From Eledone cirrhosa (Eukaryota), in contig OZ024743.1 in assembly GCA_964016885.1 (NCBI GenBank), forward strand, positions 128,030,001 to 128,094,000: 64,000 nucleotides of DNA. The letters run 5' to 3'. Position numbers and translations under genes: made by a program. The notes under the pieces were generated by a model. It was not told the origin of the DNA. It ran no database searches and was given only the letters and a program-made list of their open reading frames with translations. Positions 1 to 13,745 of the stretch are shown here, piece after piece. Each line of letters opens with the position of its first letter. Position 1 is the stretch's first letter.

Positions 1-297
1 TCAACTTCTTTTATCAACACAACACATCGCTTGATCGGGCAATTGAATTCGCAATATTATAATCGTGAAACCAACACCCTAATCACTAAGCTATGCACCT
101 TCGCGGACCATAAGTCTATAAAGGTGTATGCTGAATTAGAAGACGGTGTCTAGTGGAGTATCCATCTACTCACTAAAACATTTTTAACACTTCTAGTCCT
201 AGAACAGCTACAAACGTGGACAAGATACACATTGAATACTTCTAGTCCAATAATGGATACAAATGGGGACAAAATACACTTTGAACACTTCTAGAGT

Positions 298-485
298 AAT
301 AATTGTTTCTACTTTTGGCACAAGGCCAGCAATTATCTAAGTGTATTACTGGTACTTTATTTTATCGACCCCGTAAGGATGAAAGGCAAAGTTAACCTCG
401 GCGGGATTTGAACTCAGTCCGTAAAGGGACGTAACTGTGCTGCAAAGCATGGCGTCCGACCCTCTACCGATACTGCCAATCCACT
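298..485 (-). mobile_element. tRNA-derived SINE, family 1 (octopus-type); further diverged copies at about 486-667 and 729-940
   Basis: The reverse complement carries an A-box (TGGCAGTATCGG), a B-box (GAGTTCAAATCC), the central GCCTTTCATCCTTACGGGGTCGATAAAATAAAGTACCAG and an (ATT)n tail. The same approx. 190 bp unit recurs about 17 times in the window. Confidence 0.9.
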
Positions 486-2469
486 GGTTTCTGATTTAGG
501 CACAAGGACAACAGTTTTAGAAGGTAAAGTCGATTTTATCGACCATGTAAGGAAAAAAGGCAAAGTTAACCTTGGCAGGATTTGAACTCAGAACGTAGAA
601 AGTCGTTGCTAAATATCGCAAAGCATTTTGTCAGACACCCTACCAATACTGCCAGTCTACCGCCCTAATTCTAGTAATAATGGCTACAAATGCGAACAAA
701 ATACATTTTAAGCACTTCTAGTCCAATAATGATTTCTAATTTTGGCACAAGCTCAGCAGTTAGGGGGAGGAGAATGTCGATTATATCGTCCCCTTTATTT
801 GATTGGTACTTCATTTTATAGACCCCGAAAAGATGTCTGATAAAGTTGACCTCGGCGGTAGTTGAACACAGAATGTAAAGAGCTGAAGAAATACTGCAAC
901 GCAATTGTTCGACGCCCTAATGACTCTGCAAATCCAGCGACGACTACAAATATAGACAAAATACACTTTAAATACTTCTAATTCAACGATGGCTACAAAT
1001 GTAGACAAAAATCTTTTTCTTCTCTCTTAACATTCGACATGTTTTTATACACAATGAATACTAAGGAGGTCTTTGAAGCCGTCACTCAACCTGCTAGAAA
1101 TAGAAGCCGAATTTCTACGAAATAACATTACTCTCTTTAAAATGGAAGAACACCTTGTATAATGTTGTCCTAGATACACTATGTTTGAAAACGAAGACAG
1201 ATTAGTCACTAAAAATAATGCTAGAAACAGAAGTCAAATCGCCACAAAATCAAAGCTTCTCGTCTAAAAAAATGAAAGAACATATCGTATAATGTAATCC
1301 TAGATACACTATGTTTGAAATAGAAGACAGCAAAGTCGTGGTTGTGACGCTTTTGATGCTATATCTGCTTCCCCAGACCTAACAACACAACAATGGTGAC
1401 AACAATAGCAACGACGACGACAACATATTGCAGACTGACTGTGAGCTATGTTACGGTGTTTTTCATGTTCGTTGGTGGCCGTCAATTAATTTACACCAAT
1501 AGAATTGTTGAAATGAGCTTTATCAAATCTAAATATACCAAATGTTTCTGTGATCCAGGTGTTGAAATCCCGTAAGTCTGGGCCACACTCGTTTAATGTT
1601 GATGTAATTGAATAATAGATAGGGGTGCGTCGGGGTATGTAGGGATATGTTAAAATATGTTGGGGGTATGTGGAGATGTGTTGAGATAGGTGGAGGTGTC
1701 TTAGGGTATGTTTGGGATATGTTGGAGGTTGTTAGAGTATGTAGGAGTATGTTGAGACATGTTGAAGTGCTTTGGCGTATATTTGGGGTATGTTGGGGGT
1801 ATGTTGAAATATGGTGGGGTAGGCTGAGGGTATGTGGAGGTAGTGTGTATGGAATTATGTTGCACTGAAGGTTACTGACAACACGAAAATACATTGAATG
1901 TGTGAAACAGACGGTGTGGACTGATATCCTAGTTGCTATCATTCACACACAAATATATACACAGATAGAAACGCATACACACGAATACACATATACACAA
2001 ACATATACTGGTGCATACACTCACACACACTCATATATGTATATACATATATATACAAATACATACAAACACAATCATATACGCATACACACATACACAC
2101 GCATACACACACACACGCGCGCGCAAATGCACATATACAGAAATGTACACAAACACCACTACACACATTATACACACCACACATACGTATACCATGCACA
2201 AACTCACACAGACCCATACACATACACGTACACACACTCAAACACTCACACTCTCACAAAACACACACATATATAATTGGCTTTTATATTAACTAGATTT
2301 CCATAAAACTGTGATTCAAGCACTCTTAAGATTTTTGCGTGAAAAACAATACTAAATACTTATTTTCTCTCGCTCTTTCTCTCTCTTACTTTCTTTTTCT
2401 CCTCCCTCATCTTTCTTTATGCGTGTGCTTGTATTTATATACACATACAAATATACAGTATGTGTATGC

Positions 2470-2506
<37 letters not shown>

Positions 2507-2508
<2 letters not shown>

Positions 2509-2670
2509 AAAAAGTATGACCCCGACGGCAGAGCTGAAGCCGTTTCGACGGCTATTTCTGGAAACGGCTTGAGCTCTGCCGTCGGGGTCATACTTTTTCC
2601 TATTTCCCACTCTACTACCCTAAGTATTGAGTACTCTGGTGCGTTATGGTCCATTACCACAATTCCTTTG

Positions 2671-2671
<1 letters not shown>
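2507..2671. mobile_element. Hairpin-plus-tail short element in (TA)n, copy 1
   Basis: 40 bp inverted arms (2507-2600, one mismatch), then a tail CCCACTCTACTACCCTAAGTATTGAGTAC shared, with variation, with copies at 38784, 50193, 56707 and 62864. Confidence 0.85.
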
Positions 2672-2745
<74 letters not shown>

Positions 2746-2750
<5 letters not shown>

Positions 2751-3174
2751 GCACGTTTAAAGCAGCTCGGAGCATACGTGTGTATGCCCCGTCTAGCTTG
2801 TTCTCCAGTTTCGACGTTAGCGTCCAAGTGACAGAGCCATAAACAAGCCAGCTCTGAAGAAATTCCTTTTCAGTTTGGCAACAAATAAGGATCTCTATGG
2901 CAATATACCACCTATCAGCAGGTCAATACGTGGACAGAGACTCAGATTTGCTGACCACTGTTGGCGCAGCAAGGAAGAAATAGCAGCTGATGTGTTGTTA
3001 TGGAGTCCATCTCATGGAGCAAGAAACGCTGGTCGTCCCAAGAAGACATACGTCAAGCAACTTGAGGACGATACTGGATGCACTGTGGAAGAACTGGCAA
3101 ACGCTATGAGAGACAGAGATGGATGGAGGAAACGTGTCGTAGAAAGCCGAGCAAGCTCGACCTGATGATGATGA

Positions 3175-3176
<2 letters not shown>
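2746..3176 (+). mobile_element. RTE-clade LINE 3' fragment with 5' inversion
   Basis: ORF 2875-3165 (QRLRFADHCWR...GRPKKTY...AMRDRDGWR) ends in a (TGA)n tail. 2746-2870 reads LVYGSVTWTLTSKLENKLDGAYTRMLRAALNV on the minus strand. Confidence 0.9.
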
Positions 3177-3235
<59 letters not shown>

Positions 3236-3240
3236 CACCT

Positions 3241-3285
<45 letters not shown>

Positions 3286-3830
3286 TACGTATATATATCT
3301 CTATATATATACGCATACATTCACTCACTTGTATATATATGTATATACATATATATATGGGGGGGGTGCGTGTATGTGCTCTTAGAGTACAGCGTTCTTT
3401 TATACAATTTGGTTAACCAAAATACTGGAATGTTAGTTAACAAATCAGAAATATCCTCTAACAGTGCGGTTAGTTACTATAACTAGTAGGTGGAAGTAAA
3501 ACATTTCCTTTGCCAAGAAAGAAGAGATAGAAAGATTAACTAACTGAGTCTTTTGTTTTCTACATTTATTTATTTAATCAATTTAAATATCAGTGTAGAG
3601 CTGGTAAGCCGTGACAAACAGAAACATATCTAAATACCCCGATTAATTCAGGATCACAAACAAGGAAAAAGACAGTGAGAAAAATATACCAAAGAAGCAA
3701 AAATTTTAAAAAAAGATGGAAAACAGGGACGCGCTATAATGCGGTTAAATGTTTCTGTTATTGTATCTTTTCTTAGCCCCCATATATCGGAGGATTTTGT
3801 ACCTCCAATCGTAGTAGTTTTTATAAATAC

Positions 3831-4058
3831 CTGCTTTATAATATCCTCTCTGTGACTGGTAGTTTTACATTGGGACAAAGTGTCCCACAACGTTTCTGGA
3901 TAGTTTTCACTAGAACATAGAGGTGGTTCTATATATGTTCTTGATAAAATGTAGCCATCTTTTAATTGAAAGTGTTCAAGGTATGTAAGCGTGTTAATGA
4001 ATGAACAGAGGGCGCCATATTTTAATTCAACGCACATCTTTACAAATTTCTGATCAAT
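3831..4058 (-). CDS. Candidate 228 nt coding exon of an unidentified host gene
   Basis: Non-repetitive, stop-free 76 codons (IDQKFVKMCVELKYGAL...REDIIKQ) bounded by tactaattactgttatag| and CAG|gtattt, phase 0-0. No recognisable homology and no partner exons found. Confidence 0.3.
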
Positions 4059-4185
4059 CTATAACAGTAATTAGTAACTAGCTAGCTCCTAGGAAATTCC
4101 AGGATTTTTTAAAAATTAAGACGCAATAATTACTCTGACATATATTTGTATTTTCATCATCATATCATTTGAATCATAAGATCAT

Positions 4186-4375
4186 GTGGATTGGCAATAT
4201 CGGTAGAGGGTTGGACGTCATGCTTTGACGCATAGAGTTACGGCCCTTTCCATTCTGAGTTCAAATCCCGCTGAGGTCAACTTTGCCTTTCATCCTTACG
4301 GGGTCGATAAAATAAAGTACCAGTAATGTACTGGTGAATTGTTGGCCTTGTGCCAAAAGTAGAAACAACTAATTA
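4186..4375 (+). mobile_element. tRNA-derived SINE, family 1
   Basis: A-box, B-box, central domain and GGCCTTGTGCCAAAAGTAGAAACAA 3' end. Confidence 0.9.
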
Positions 4376-4489
4376 TCATTACCATAATTTATACAATTAG
4401 TTGTATAATTCTTTATATACAATGATTTTATTGATATTTTCCGCTATTGTTTACCTTGCTTATTGCTATTAACTATCCTAACAAACAGA

Positions 4490-4650
4490 TAGGTTAATTT
4501 CTTAGCCATAGTAAATGCGACATATAACTGACCCTGACTAGTATGCCCATCTCTATCTTTTAAAATATTTTATTAATTGTCATTGAATAAACCAATCTGA
4601 CTTTGTAGAAGGTTCTATTTAGCAGACGACAGTTAAAGGCACACGTAATA
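4490..4650 (-). pseudogene. Helitron PIF1-like helicase C-terminal remnant (second fragment)
   Basis: The minus strand gives VRLVYSMTINK and SQGQLYVAFTMAKK, matching the PIF1 motifs AMTINKSQG and HGQLYVA.SR. Confidence 0.65.
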
Positions 4651-4969
4651 ATTGATAATTAAAAACTATATTACTAAAAAAAAAAAAAAAAAAAAATCAA
4701 CAAATCTTCATCTTCGCCTCTTTGCCACCACCATCATAATCACCACTGCCATCTCCATTAACCAATAGCTCTACCGATAACGTAACCAGCTGCTATTCTC
4801 AATATATCATATACATGTATGTCAAAACTCTTCTCCCCCCCCCCCTCTCTCTCTCTCTCCCTCTCTCTCTCTGACCCTTTCGTTGATGTGATTTACTACC
4901 TTTACATGGATAAATATATTTTTCTTCAACACTGTAATCATTACACTGTTATATCAATTTATTGCATTA

Positions 4970-6660
4970 TTATTTCATTATACCATTAAATATTGTTATC
5001 AAAATTTTAATTAATTCAATTAATACTTCTTTATATACAATGTTTTTAGGAATAGGTTTTGTTTGTTTTCCTTGTTTATTAGTATTAAGTGCCTTAACAA
5101 AAACAGATAATTTCCTAGCCCTATAGAAAGAAACATCTAATTGTCCATGACTAAACGGTGGTAATGGTAAGTTAATCCCTATCTGATTAAATGTTTCATG
5201 TTGTGCTTTATTAATTGTCATTGCATAAGTTAATCTGACTAGAAACTAGAGTTCATTCTAAAATAAAAGGTAAATTTGAATCACTGAGTGTCAGTTTAAC
5301 TGTAGGTATTAACGCTCGCCTGCCTGCAAAAGTACCACTTATTAATAAGCTTCAGTGCAATTTCGATGCGGGTAATTTTTTGTTTAGCTCAATTACAAAG
5401 GACTTGCTGAATTGATATATTGCGTAATAACATTACTAAAGATCCAATTTGTATATCCAATTTATGTTGAGGCATTCCAGCTGGAGTAAATGGATTAAGA
5501 TTCTATTGTGTAACGTTCATTTTCTGCTTGATTCTCACTGACAATTAGACGTGTTCTCTAATATATGTTTGAAAATTTCCTGGCAGTTGTTTTAAAATCT
5601 CATTTAAAGAAAGTCAGTTCAGCGTTCTTGGGGGTACGCATTAAACATGATCGCCTCTCTTCCTTAGATGCTTCACTTAAAATAGAATTTATTAAAGAAT
5701 TTTCGATACATGAATAGGATGGTAGTTAAACATCATCTACTACTAATCCCGGCATAGTTGGAGTGGTTCCATTTCCAAGCAGGATCAACCAAATTGCAAA
5801 GTACCTTTGCTCTTCTGTGGTTCAGATAAGGTTCACATGAGTTAGGTGATATTATCTAAAATTCTGCTAGAGATGAGATCGTGTTAGACATATATGAATA
5901 ATAGCAGCATGTGCTGCTCGTAAAAAATAGGTAACACTTCTTTGTAATCCCCTCCCAATAAGACGATTTTTCCTCTCCAAAAATGCTATTGATATCAGTA
6001 ATATCTTGAAGACATTTATCAATGGCATCACTGACAAAAGTAGATATCGTAGATGCTTCGTCATTGAGGAATAAATGTTGATCTTTTAAGAAACGGGATT
6101 GCTCCAAAATAGAGATATATGACAAATGCTTATATCAATTAAAAGTACTGGTAATTTAAATACGTTTTTTAATGAAATGTCTTGCCACCTAACAGTAATG
6201 TGGCAGTAATACCTGTCCATGCAGCACATGATATCTTAAAATTGTTGTTCCTATTGATATGATAATTGTTTTTACTTTAGGCACAAGGCCAGCAATTACC
6301 CAGTGCATTACTGATACTTTATTTTATCGACCCCGTAAGGATGAAAGGCAAAGTCAACCTCGGCGGGATTTGAACTCAGATCGTAAAGGGACGTAACTAT
6401 GCTGGAAAGCATGGCGTCCGACCCTCTACCGATACTGCCAATCCACCGCCTTTGATATGATAATATTTATTAAATAGGTTTTAACGCATCTTCCTGAAGC
6501 ATCGATATAAATGCAACAACATTCTGGAATTTCTCTGCTGCTTCTCTTTTCAAATGCATCTATCACAGCATTGGCTATAATTCTATGTTTCTCATAAAGA
6601 TTATTTAAATTAACGGAAAACAATTTTAAGATCTATGTCCCTAAATTCTATCCGGAGTTC
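4970..6660 (-). pseudogene. Decayed Helitron RepHel, PIF1 helicase region (interrupted by a SINE)
   Basis: Motifs appear in the expected order: YIDASGRCVKTYLIN (Walker A-like), LFLNDEAS (motif II) and MTINKAQ...PPFSHGQLDVSFYRAR (motifs V-VI). Many stops and frameshifts. Confidence 0.85.
6262..6450 (-). mobile_element. tRNA-derived SINE, family 1, with TSD
   Basis: Full-length copy flanked by the duplication TTGATATGATAAT. Confidence 0.92.
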
Positions 6661-6744
6661 TGGAATCCCTATAATATGTTAATTTGTTTCATTTTCAATT
6701 AAAATTCGATCTATTACATAATAAGCAGAGTTTTCTTAGTCATA

Positions 6745-7230
6745 TCTTTCCTATCTTCTTTGCAAACATATTCCTGGGAATGTCCTGGGAGCAGGATCCT
6801 CAAACGTCTCTTCCAGACGGTCCCATTAGAAACAACTGTTTCCAATTGATCCGACTGAATCCTCAAATGAGACCAACGTTTGGGTCTTCTGTCGGTTGGC
6901 TTTGTCCATAATATCTGTCCGGTGATTCTTTCCTTAGATATTCTGAATATTTCCTGGCCATAGTATCTGAGCTGTGATGTTACAATTCGGAGAAGCAGCG
7001 TCTCTACCTGGAGCAACTCCCTGATCTCCAAGTTATGCACCCTATCGAGTAACGTTACTCCAAAGACCCTTCGAAAAAAAAAAAAACCATTTAGCCGTTT
7101 TCTTTTGCGATCGTATTCTTTGGGTCATTACCTTAGGTAAAGGTTGGCACGAATAGCGAATTGAATTCAGCCTCCTGCACTCCATCACTCGTCAGCACGG
7201 CCCCGAGATACTTGAACTTCTCCACTTATG
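6745..7230 (-). mobile_element. RTE-clade LINE 3' fragment
   Basis: VEKFKYLGAVLT and NLEIRELLQVETLLLRIVTSQLRYYGQ. Same family as 55391 and 57221. Confidence 0.85.
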
Positions 7231-8555
7231 TCCACTATGTAAATATTCTATCATTTTTTCGAAAAAAATTCCAATAGCAGAATTAGAGCTTAAGACAATA
7301 TGGATTGTGGTATTTGTTTCGGCTCTGTGTGCTCATAGTTCAAATCCCGCCGAGGTCGACTTTGCCTTTCATTTTTTTCTGTGTCGACAAAATAAAGTAC
7401 TAGTAGATTCACAACAAAATAAAGTACTGGTAGATTCACGGAATTGGATGAGTGTTGGATGAGATGTCTTGTGATATTGATTCCAACTCTTTTCATTTTC
7501 AATTCAAATCCTGCCAAAGCTTACTTCAATGGTAGGCTTAATCTATTGTCTGGCTTAAAACAATCACCTGGTCCTTGGATACCTTTTGTGATGTCCACTC
7601 TGTTACAAACCAGGATTCCGATTTCAGGATAACTAACTTCTTCCCCCCTCCCCCACCTGTCTCTGGAGGAGGTGTAGCTTCAGGTCTGCTTTAACTGAGA
7701 GGTGTTATAATCTGCCATTCCAGTGATGACCAGCCAATTTTTTCGGGAAATTGTGAAATCCAAACTACAGCATACATTGTATCCTTATTTTAGGATGGTG
7801 GGGTTGGATTTGAAAAGATAATGTTGTGATATGTGGTGGTTGTTATTGTTATCGGTGGTGGTGTATAGTCCCTCATCAGCCCCAGATCAGCAGACCAATG
7901 ATTAAAAGTTTTTTTTAGCTGTCTGTCTTGTATGTCGACATAGTATATCAATGACTGTATCATCTAACATGTTCTTCTTTTTTTTAAGACAGAAGGGTGT
8001 TATTTGAGGCAGATTTAACTGTTGTTTCTAGCTCTATCAGTGTCTGTTATGGAATCGTTAAAAAGGTAAGTAATTGTTAAGACTAAAATGTATCGCAGAT
8101 GCCGACCTATGGCCATGTTGAAAGATTGCTGTAAATTATGTTTGTTTGTTTTAATAGTTTCTCTTTTTAAACATGTTTATATTTTACTGCCACGAGATGC
8201 TTTAACAATGCTAACATTTCCTCCAATCTGGAACCTTCTACTTCCATTTCTTGATTTATTCATTTATTTCGTTCTTTTTCCGGTAATTTCTTCGTCATTC
8301 TCCAACGTGTTAATTTGTTTTCAAGCTTCTTAATATCAAAAACATTTACGCATTTTTAGGGGTTTGTTGGGTTTTATATATTTTTTGTTTCACCTTGTGA
8401 TGCTTTTTTACTTTTATTTATTTTTTTATTTTTTATTTTTTATTTTATTTTCAATTTGTTTTATCAGAAAAGTTTTATAATCAACAAATTAACTCCTGCA
8501 TGAACAGAGCTGACTTGGGGGCTAAACAACAACAACAAATAATAATCACTACTAC

Positions 8556-8604
<49 letters not shown>

Positions 8605-10233
8605 GCTGCTGCTACTGCTGTCACTCATAATGCCATGCTTTTACTAGGATTTTTAGGTGCCCATGTAGTCGGAGGCAGACGCGGACGCTCTCTCAACCCT
8701 TCTTCCCTTAATCCAGAGGCATATCCAGGATGTGACAGCTGGAAGAAGAGAGATGATTGCACCCTCATTAGATTGGCTTTTTTTATTGAAGGATGAAAAG
8801 CAACATGAACTTCAGCGAAATTTGAACTGAGAGTGTAGTGAGCCGGAACAACGCTCTAGCTACTCTGCTAAATTAACCCACTTATACAGAACGATTTGGG
8901 TTTTGGAAAATTTGAGCTATTTCTCGCAAAACGACCTACTACGTAGAGGTTTCCTAGTTAACTCGTTATCGTCTTATGTTTCTATGATGGCAGTAATAAG
9001 TACGTTAGCTCAGTGATAAACGGTCATTCAAAGAACTGATTAGAATCTACAACGAAGGAAGGAATATTTATAGCAGAAGTAATTCTAGCACAGTAATCAG
9101 TCATGGTTGTCTGCTTTCATTAAGCAGGCGTCTATCTACCTTTAAACACAAAAGAGTCGGGTTCAAGTTCTATCAGATCTATCAGTAGATGCCTCTATAT
9201 GAGATAAACAGACGATAAGACGTTCGTTAAATTTTTGGAAATGTGTCAATATATCTTTGTGTTCAGCAGACGTAGGCATGGATGGGTGGTTAAGAGATTT
9301 ATCTCACATTAGTGAAGTCCCACGTTCGATCCCACTGTGTATCGTTTAGCCAAGCAGTGAGTCAACCCTGACCTTGTGAGTGAAATTGGACTGGCTGAAA
9401 CAGTTTGGAAAACCGTCAGATGGACAGCATTTGTATTCATTTCAAAGATTCCAACCTTGTCACGTAATGCATCAGACTGATTCTGCCTGAGAATGAAATC
9501 AGTTGAATACTCAGCTACTTGCACATTGATTGAAGGAATAGATAGCTGAGGTGATCAAACAACTAAATGTCCCATCGAGTGTCTCAGTTAACATTTAACC
9601 TACTATAAACAGACCGAAAGTATCTAATAAATGAAAACATTAAGAAACGGAATTATATACAATAATTGTTTCTATATTAGGCACAAGGCCAGCAAATTAC
9701 CCAGTACATTACTGGTACTTTATTTTATCGACCCCGTAAGGATGAAAGGCAAAGTTAACCTCGGTGGGATTTGAACTCAGATAATGAAACTCTAAAAAAA
9801 ATCATTACATTTTTTTAATTTAATTTTATCATTCAAAGCAACGCTTTCTCCATTCTGTCAACTGGGACCACGAGGAGGCTTGCGCCTGGGGTTCTACACA
9901 CAAGAGAGCGTTTCTCACAATGTCTGTCTCATATCATTGGTGTAAAGATGACTTTGCATTCTTTCTTATACTTTACCTCCCACCTCAACTGTAAAATGTT
10001 CACCTTTTTACAAATTAAAAATATCGAAATCTATCATGGAAAACATATCGCTGCAAAATCTCGTTAAATTATATACAGTGTTAAGAAAGTTATGGCGACA
10101 CAAAGTCGGTGTGGTCAGTAAACTGTAGTTATGTCATTTTTATACACCATATAAATTCATGAAAAAGTCGATTTTCACATGGTAATAAGTAAGTCCAGAT
10201 GGACTCAAAATGAATTTTTAAAAAATAGTTACA

Positions 10234-10427
10234 ATAATAATTGTTTCTACTTTAGGCACAAGGCCAGCAATTACCCAGTGCATTACTGGTACTTTATTTT
10301 ATCGATCCCGTAAGGATGAAAGGCAAAGTCAACCTCGGCGGGATTTGAACTCAGATCGTAAAGGGACGTAACTATGCTGGAAAGCATGGCGTCCGACCCT
10401 CTACTGATACTGCCAATCCACCGCCCT
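10234..10427 (-). mobile_element. tRNA-derived SINE, family 1 (partial copy also at 9661-9780)
   Basis: Near-consensus copy; TAGTTACA is duplicated at the flanks. Confidence 0.92.
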
Positions 10428-11029
10428 AGTTACATTAATAATACCAATGATTCCACGCATAAGAATACATTTCCTGCTACCAAAATGCATGAATAAGGTT
10501 GCATAGCTCTTATAAATATTTTCACTTGCGTACATCAGAACTTAATATTGTACAACAATGTATTTCCTCATTGAAACACTTATTTTCAGGATATCTTCAT
10601 TCACAAATGTTTATCTGTTGTCCATGAAGAACTGGGACTGACCTTTACATGAGATACGTGGTACTATCAAAATGTTTTGGTAAAAGGTTAGAGGTTGATT
10701 TGCATAGGATCGACTTTTTCATGAGTATATTCGATAAATACTACTATTACAACCATTATCAATTCTCTTTATATCAGGTACAACACATCAACTACAATAA
10801 AACTCAATATACCGAGGTTTATTTCTGTTTTAGACATAATAATGTTGCTGATGAGTGATTCATATTCGTATGCCTTCATTGTTCTCGGTTATAACAATTT
10901 AAGTATCGGGGAAATGGGTTTCTGGCTCGTTAGACCTAGCTAAAGACTGCCATCGCATGGCATGAAGGAAATTTTAGCGGAAACTAACGACAATTTACGA
11001 GCAATAAATCGGATGTATATGTGCATAAA

Positions 11030-11085
<56 letters not shown>

Positions 11086-11319
11086 TGCGTGCGTGCGTGC
11101 ATGCGTGCGTGCGTGCGTGCGTGCGTGCTTGCGTGCGTGCGTGCGTGCGTGCGTGTATGCGTGTCTGTCTGTGAGTGTGTATATTCCGAAGAAGGGTGGA
11201 TTTCGTCAGAAGGTTTCGATAGCGAATGACGGTGCCCTTACGACCCCATCAATAACTGGAGGTACAAGAAAGGAAAAAATTATATTAGTTAGTCTTAGTC
11301 AGTTCATCTTTCCCCTTTG

Positions 11320-11620
11320 AAGGCGCATGGCTTAATAAATAGGGTCTTTGGCTCATGATCATAAGGTCGTGTGTTCGATTCTCAGCGGCTCGTTGTGTCA
11401 GTCAGCAAAGCACTTTATTTCATGTTGCTCCAGTAAATTCAGTAGGAAAAAAAACGAGTTGTACCTGCAATTCAAAGAGCCAGCCTTGTCATATACTGTG
11501 TCATGCTGAATATGCACAAGAACTACGTTCAGGGTATACGTGTGTGTGGAATCCTCAGCCACAAGCACGTAATTTCACGAGCAGACTGTGCTTACCTGCT
11601 GATGATCTAACTACCATAGA
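11320..11620 (+). mobile_element. Second tRNA-derived SINE family (diverged); other old SINE-like copies at about 9270-9560 and 19040-19250
   Basis: tRNA-like head GGCGCATGGCTTAA...GGTCGTGTGTTCGATTCTC, followed by a body partly shared with 9430-9560. Confidence 0.6.
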
Positions 11621-13069
11621 ACATTATCGTGTCTTCGAAATCTTTGCCACGATGATTTTCTTAAAACATTGTTTCATATAATCACACTATGACATACTCA
11701 AGAATTTTTCTCAAGCATCTTTGGTAAAAATTAAAAAAGAAACAACAACCAGGTTTTTGTGTAATTTGTCGCGGTATTCTTCTTCGTCCAGCTTACCTGT
11801 AGCGCCGTTGGAAGTACGATGATGGTATAGTATAAGTAGTGGATCTTGATGTTGGTGTGCAGTGCATTCATTTTGTATTTTACTGGCATAAATTTTACTG
11901 GACCCCCAGTGGGATGGAAGGCAAAGTCGACAACGGCGTTACTTAAACGTAGAACGTAAGGAGACAAAGCTAAACACAATTTAAGTGTATTTAATCTGGC
12001 ACCTGGAATACTATTATTTCAAGCAAACTTTCGTCTTTCACCATATACAAATAGTTGTTGTTCTTGCATCAGTAGCCGAGGAAGACCGTGGTTTTGGTTA
12101 CTTGAATAATAAGGTTTATATGTCAATAGAGGGCTGGAAAGTTCTTTTCTGACACAAAAATAACAACTACATGTTTTGTGCATGTATTTTGTGGCTACAT
12201 TCGGCTTTGTGGGTATCGCGTTTGGTTTCTCCTCTTTGGTTGTGTGTCTCTTCCAAAGATTTTTGCACTTTTGTTAACGAGCGTGAACCCTGCAGACTTG
12301 GTCCGACCAAGCGGTTATTTTCTTCAATGTTATTTTCTTCAATGGGATTATTAATGAATTCTAATTTTAGTCACAAAGTCAGCAATTTGGATATAAGGGG
12401 AAGTCGATTATACCGATTCCTGTACTTAACTGGTACTTTATTTTATCGACTCCGAAAAATGAAAAACAAAGATGAAAGGGATTTGAATTCAGAATGAAGA
12501 ATGTCGTAACTAAATACTGCAAAACATTTTGTCTGACGCTCTACGATACTCCCAATTCTGGTGCTTTTTCTAACTTTAAAATGATATCACAGCTATAGTA
12601 TATCATAACCAATATATATATAACAGACGAATATAACATTGACTTTTCTTCTATTGGCTGTCCGTTGGTGATGTGATGTGTAGTTTGTCCTATATATTTA
12701 GTCACATGATAGAACATGTTGAGGGCGATACTCATGGCTTTTAGTGTTACTTTTATACAGAATTACAGGATAGATGATACACACATAAAGAATGTGCACT
12801 GATATATTCAGAAATATCATATCATATCTATAAATCTATCTTTTTCGGTTTATTTTTTTCATCTGCTTCCAACGAAAAAATATATTCTAAGAAAACTTTT
12901 TCATTTCTTTGCCAATGCCATCGTCATCATCGTCGTCGCCTTCATCGTTGTTGTTACTGTTGTCGCTGTTGTCATTGTTATCGTTCTTGTTGTTACTGTT
13001 ATTGTTGACGTTGTTGTTGCTGCTCTTGTTGTTGTCATTATTATTGGCAGTATCGGTGGATATTATTAA

Positions 13070-13512
13070 GGGCGGTGGATTGGCAGTATCGGTAGAGGGT
13101 CGGACGCCATGCTTTCCAATATAGTTACGTCCCTTTACGATCTGAGTTCAAATCCCGCCAAGGTTGACTTTGCCTTTCATCCTTACGGGGTCGATAAAAT
13201 AAAGTACCAGTAATACACTGGGTAATTGCTGGCCTTGTGCCTAAAGTAGAAACAATTATTATTGGCAGTATCGGTAGAGGGTCGGACACCATGCTTTGCA
13301 GCATAAAGTTACGGCCCTTTATGATCTGAGTTCAAATCCCGCCGGGGTTAACTTTGCCTTTCACCCTTACGGGGTCGATAAAATAAAGTACCAGTAATGT
13401 ACTAGGGTCGATTTAATCAATTTTACCCCACCCCCAAAATTACTGGCCTTGTGCCTATACTAGAAATCATTATAATTGCTGGCCTTGTGCCAAACGTAGA
13501 AACAATTATTAT
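13070..13512 (+). mobile_element. Head-to-tail cluster of family 1 SINEs
   Basis: Two near-full copies (13070-13260, 13261-13470) and an extra 3' end (13474-13512). Confidence 0.92.
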
Positions 13513-13714
13513 TGCTGTTGTTATTACTGTTGTTGTTGTCGTCGATGTGATTGTTGTTACTGTTGTTTGTGTCGTTGTTGTTAGTTATTGTCGTTGTTGT
13601 TGCTATTGTTGTTAGTTATTGTCGTTGTTGTTAGTTATTGTCGTTGTTGTTGCTATTGTTGTTGCAGTTGCTACTGTTGATGTTGTTACTGTTGTTACTG
13701 CTATTATTAGTGTT

Positions 13715-13745
<31 letters not shown>

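Noticed and set aside
9840-12800. Protein-like short frames on the minus strand (e.g. GKLDEEEYRDKLHKNL, KYIGQT) and a possible 25 nt micro-exon at 8041-8065 on plus
   Set aside because: Interrupted by stops, no consistent splice chain and no recognisable family.
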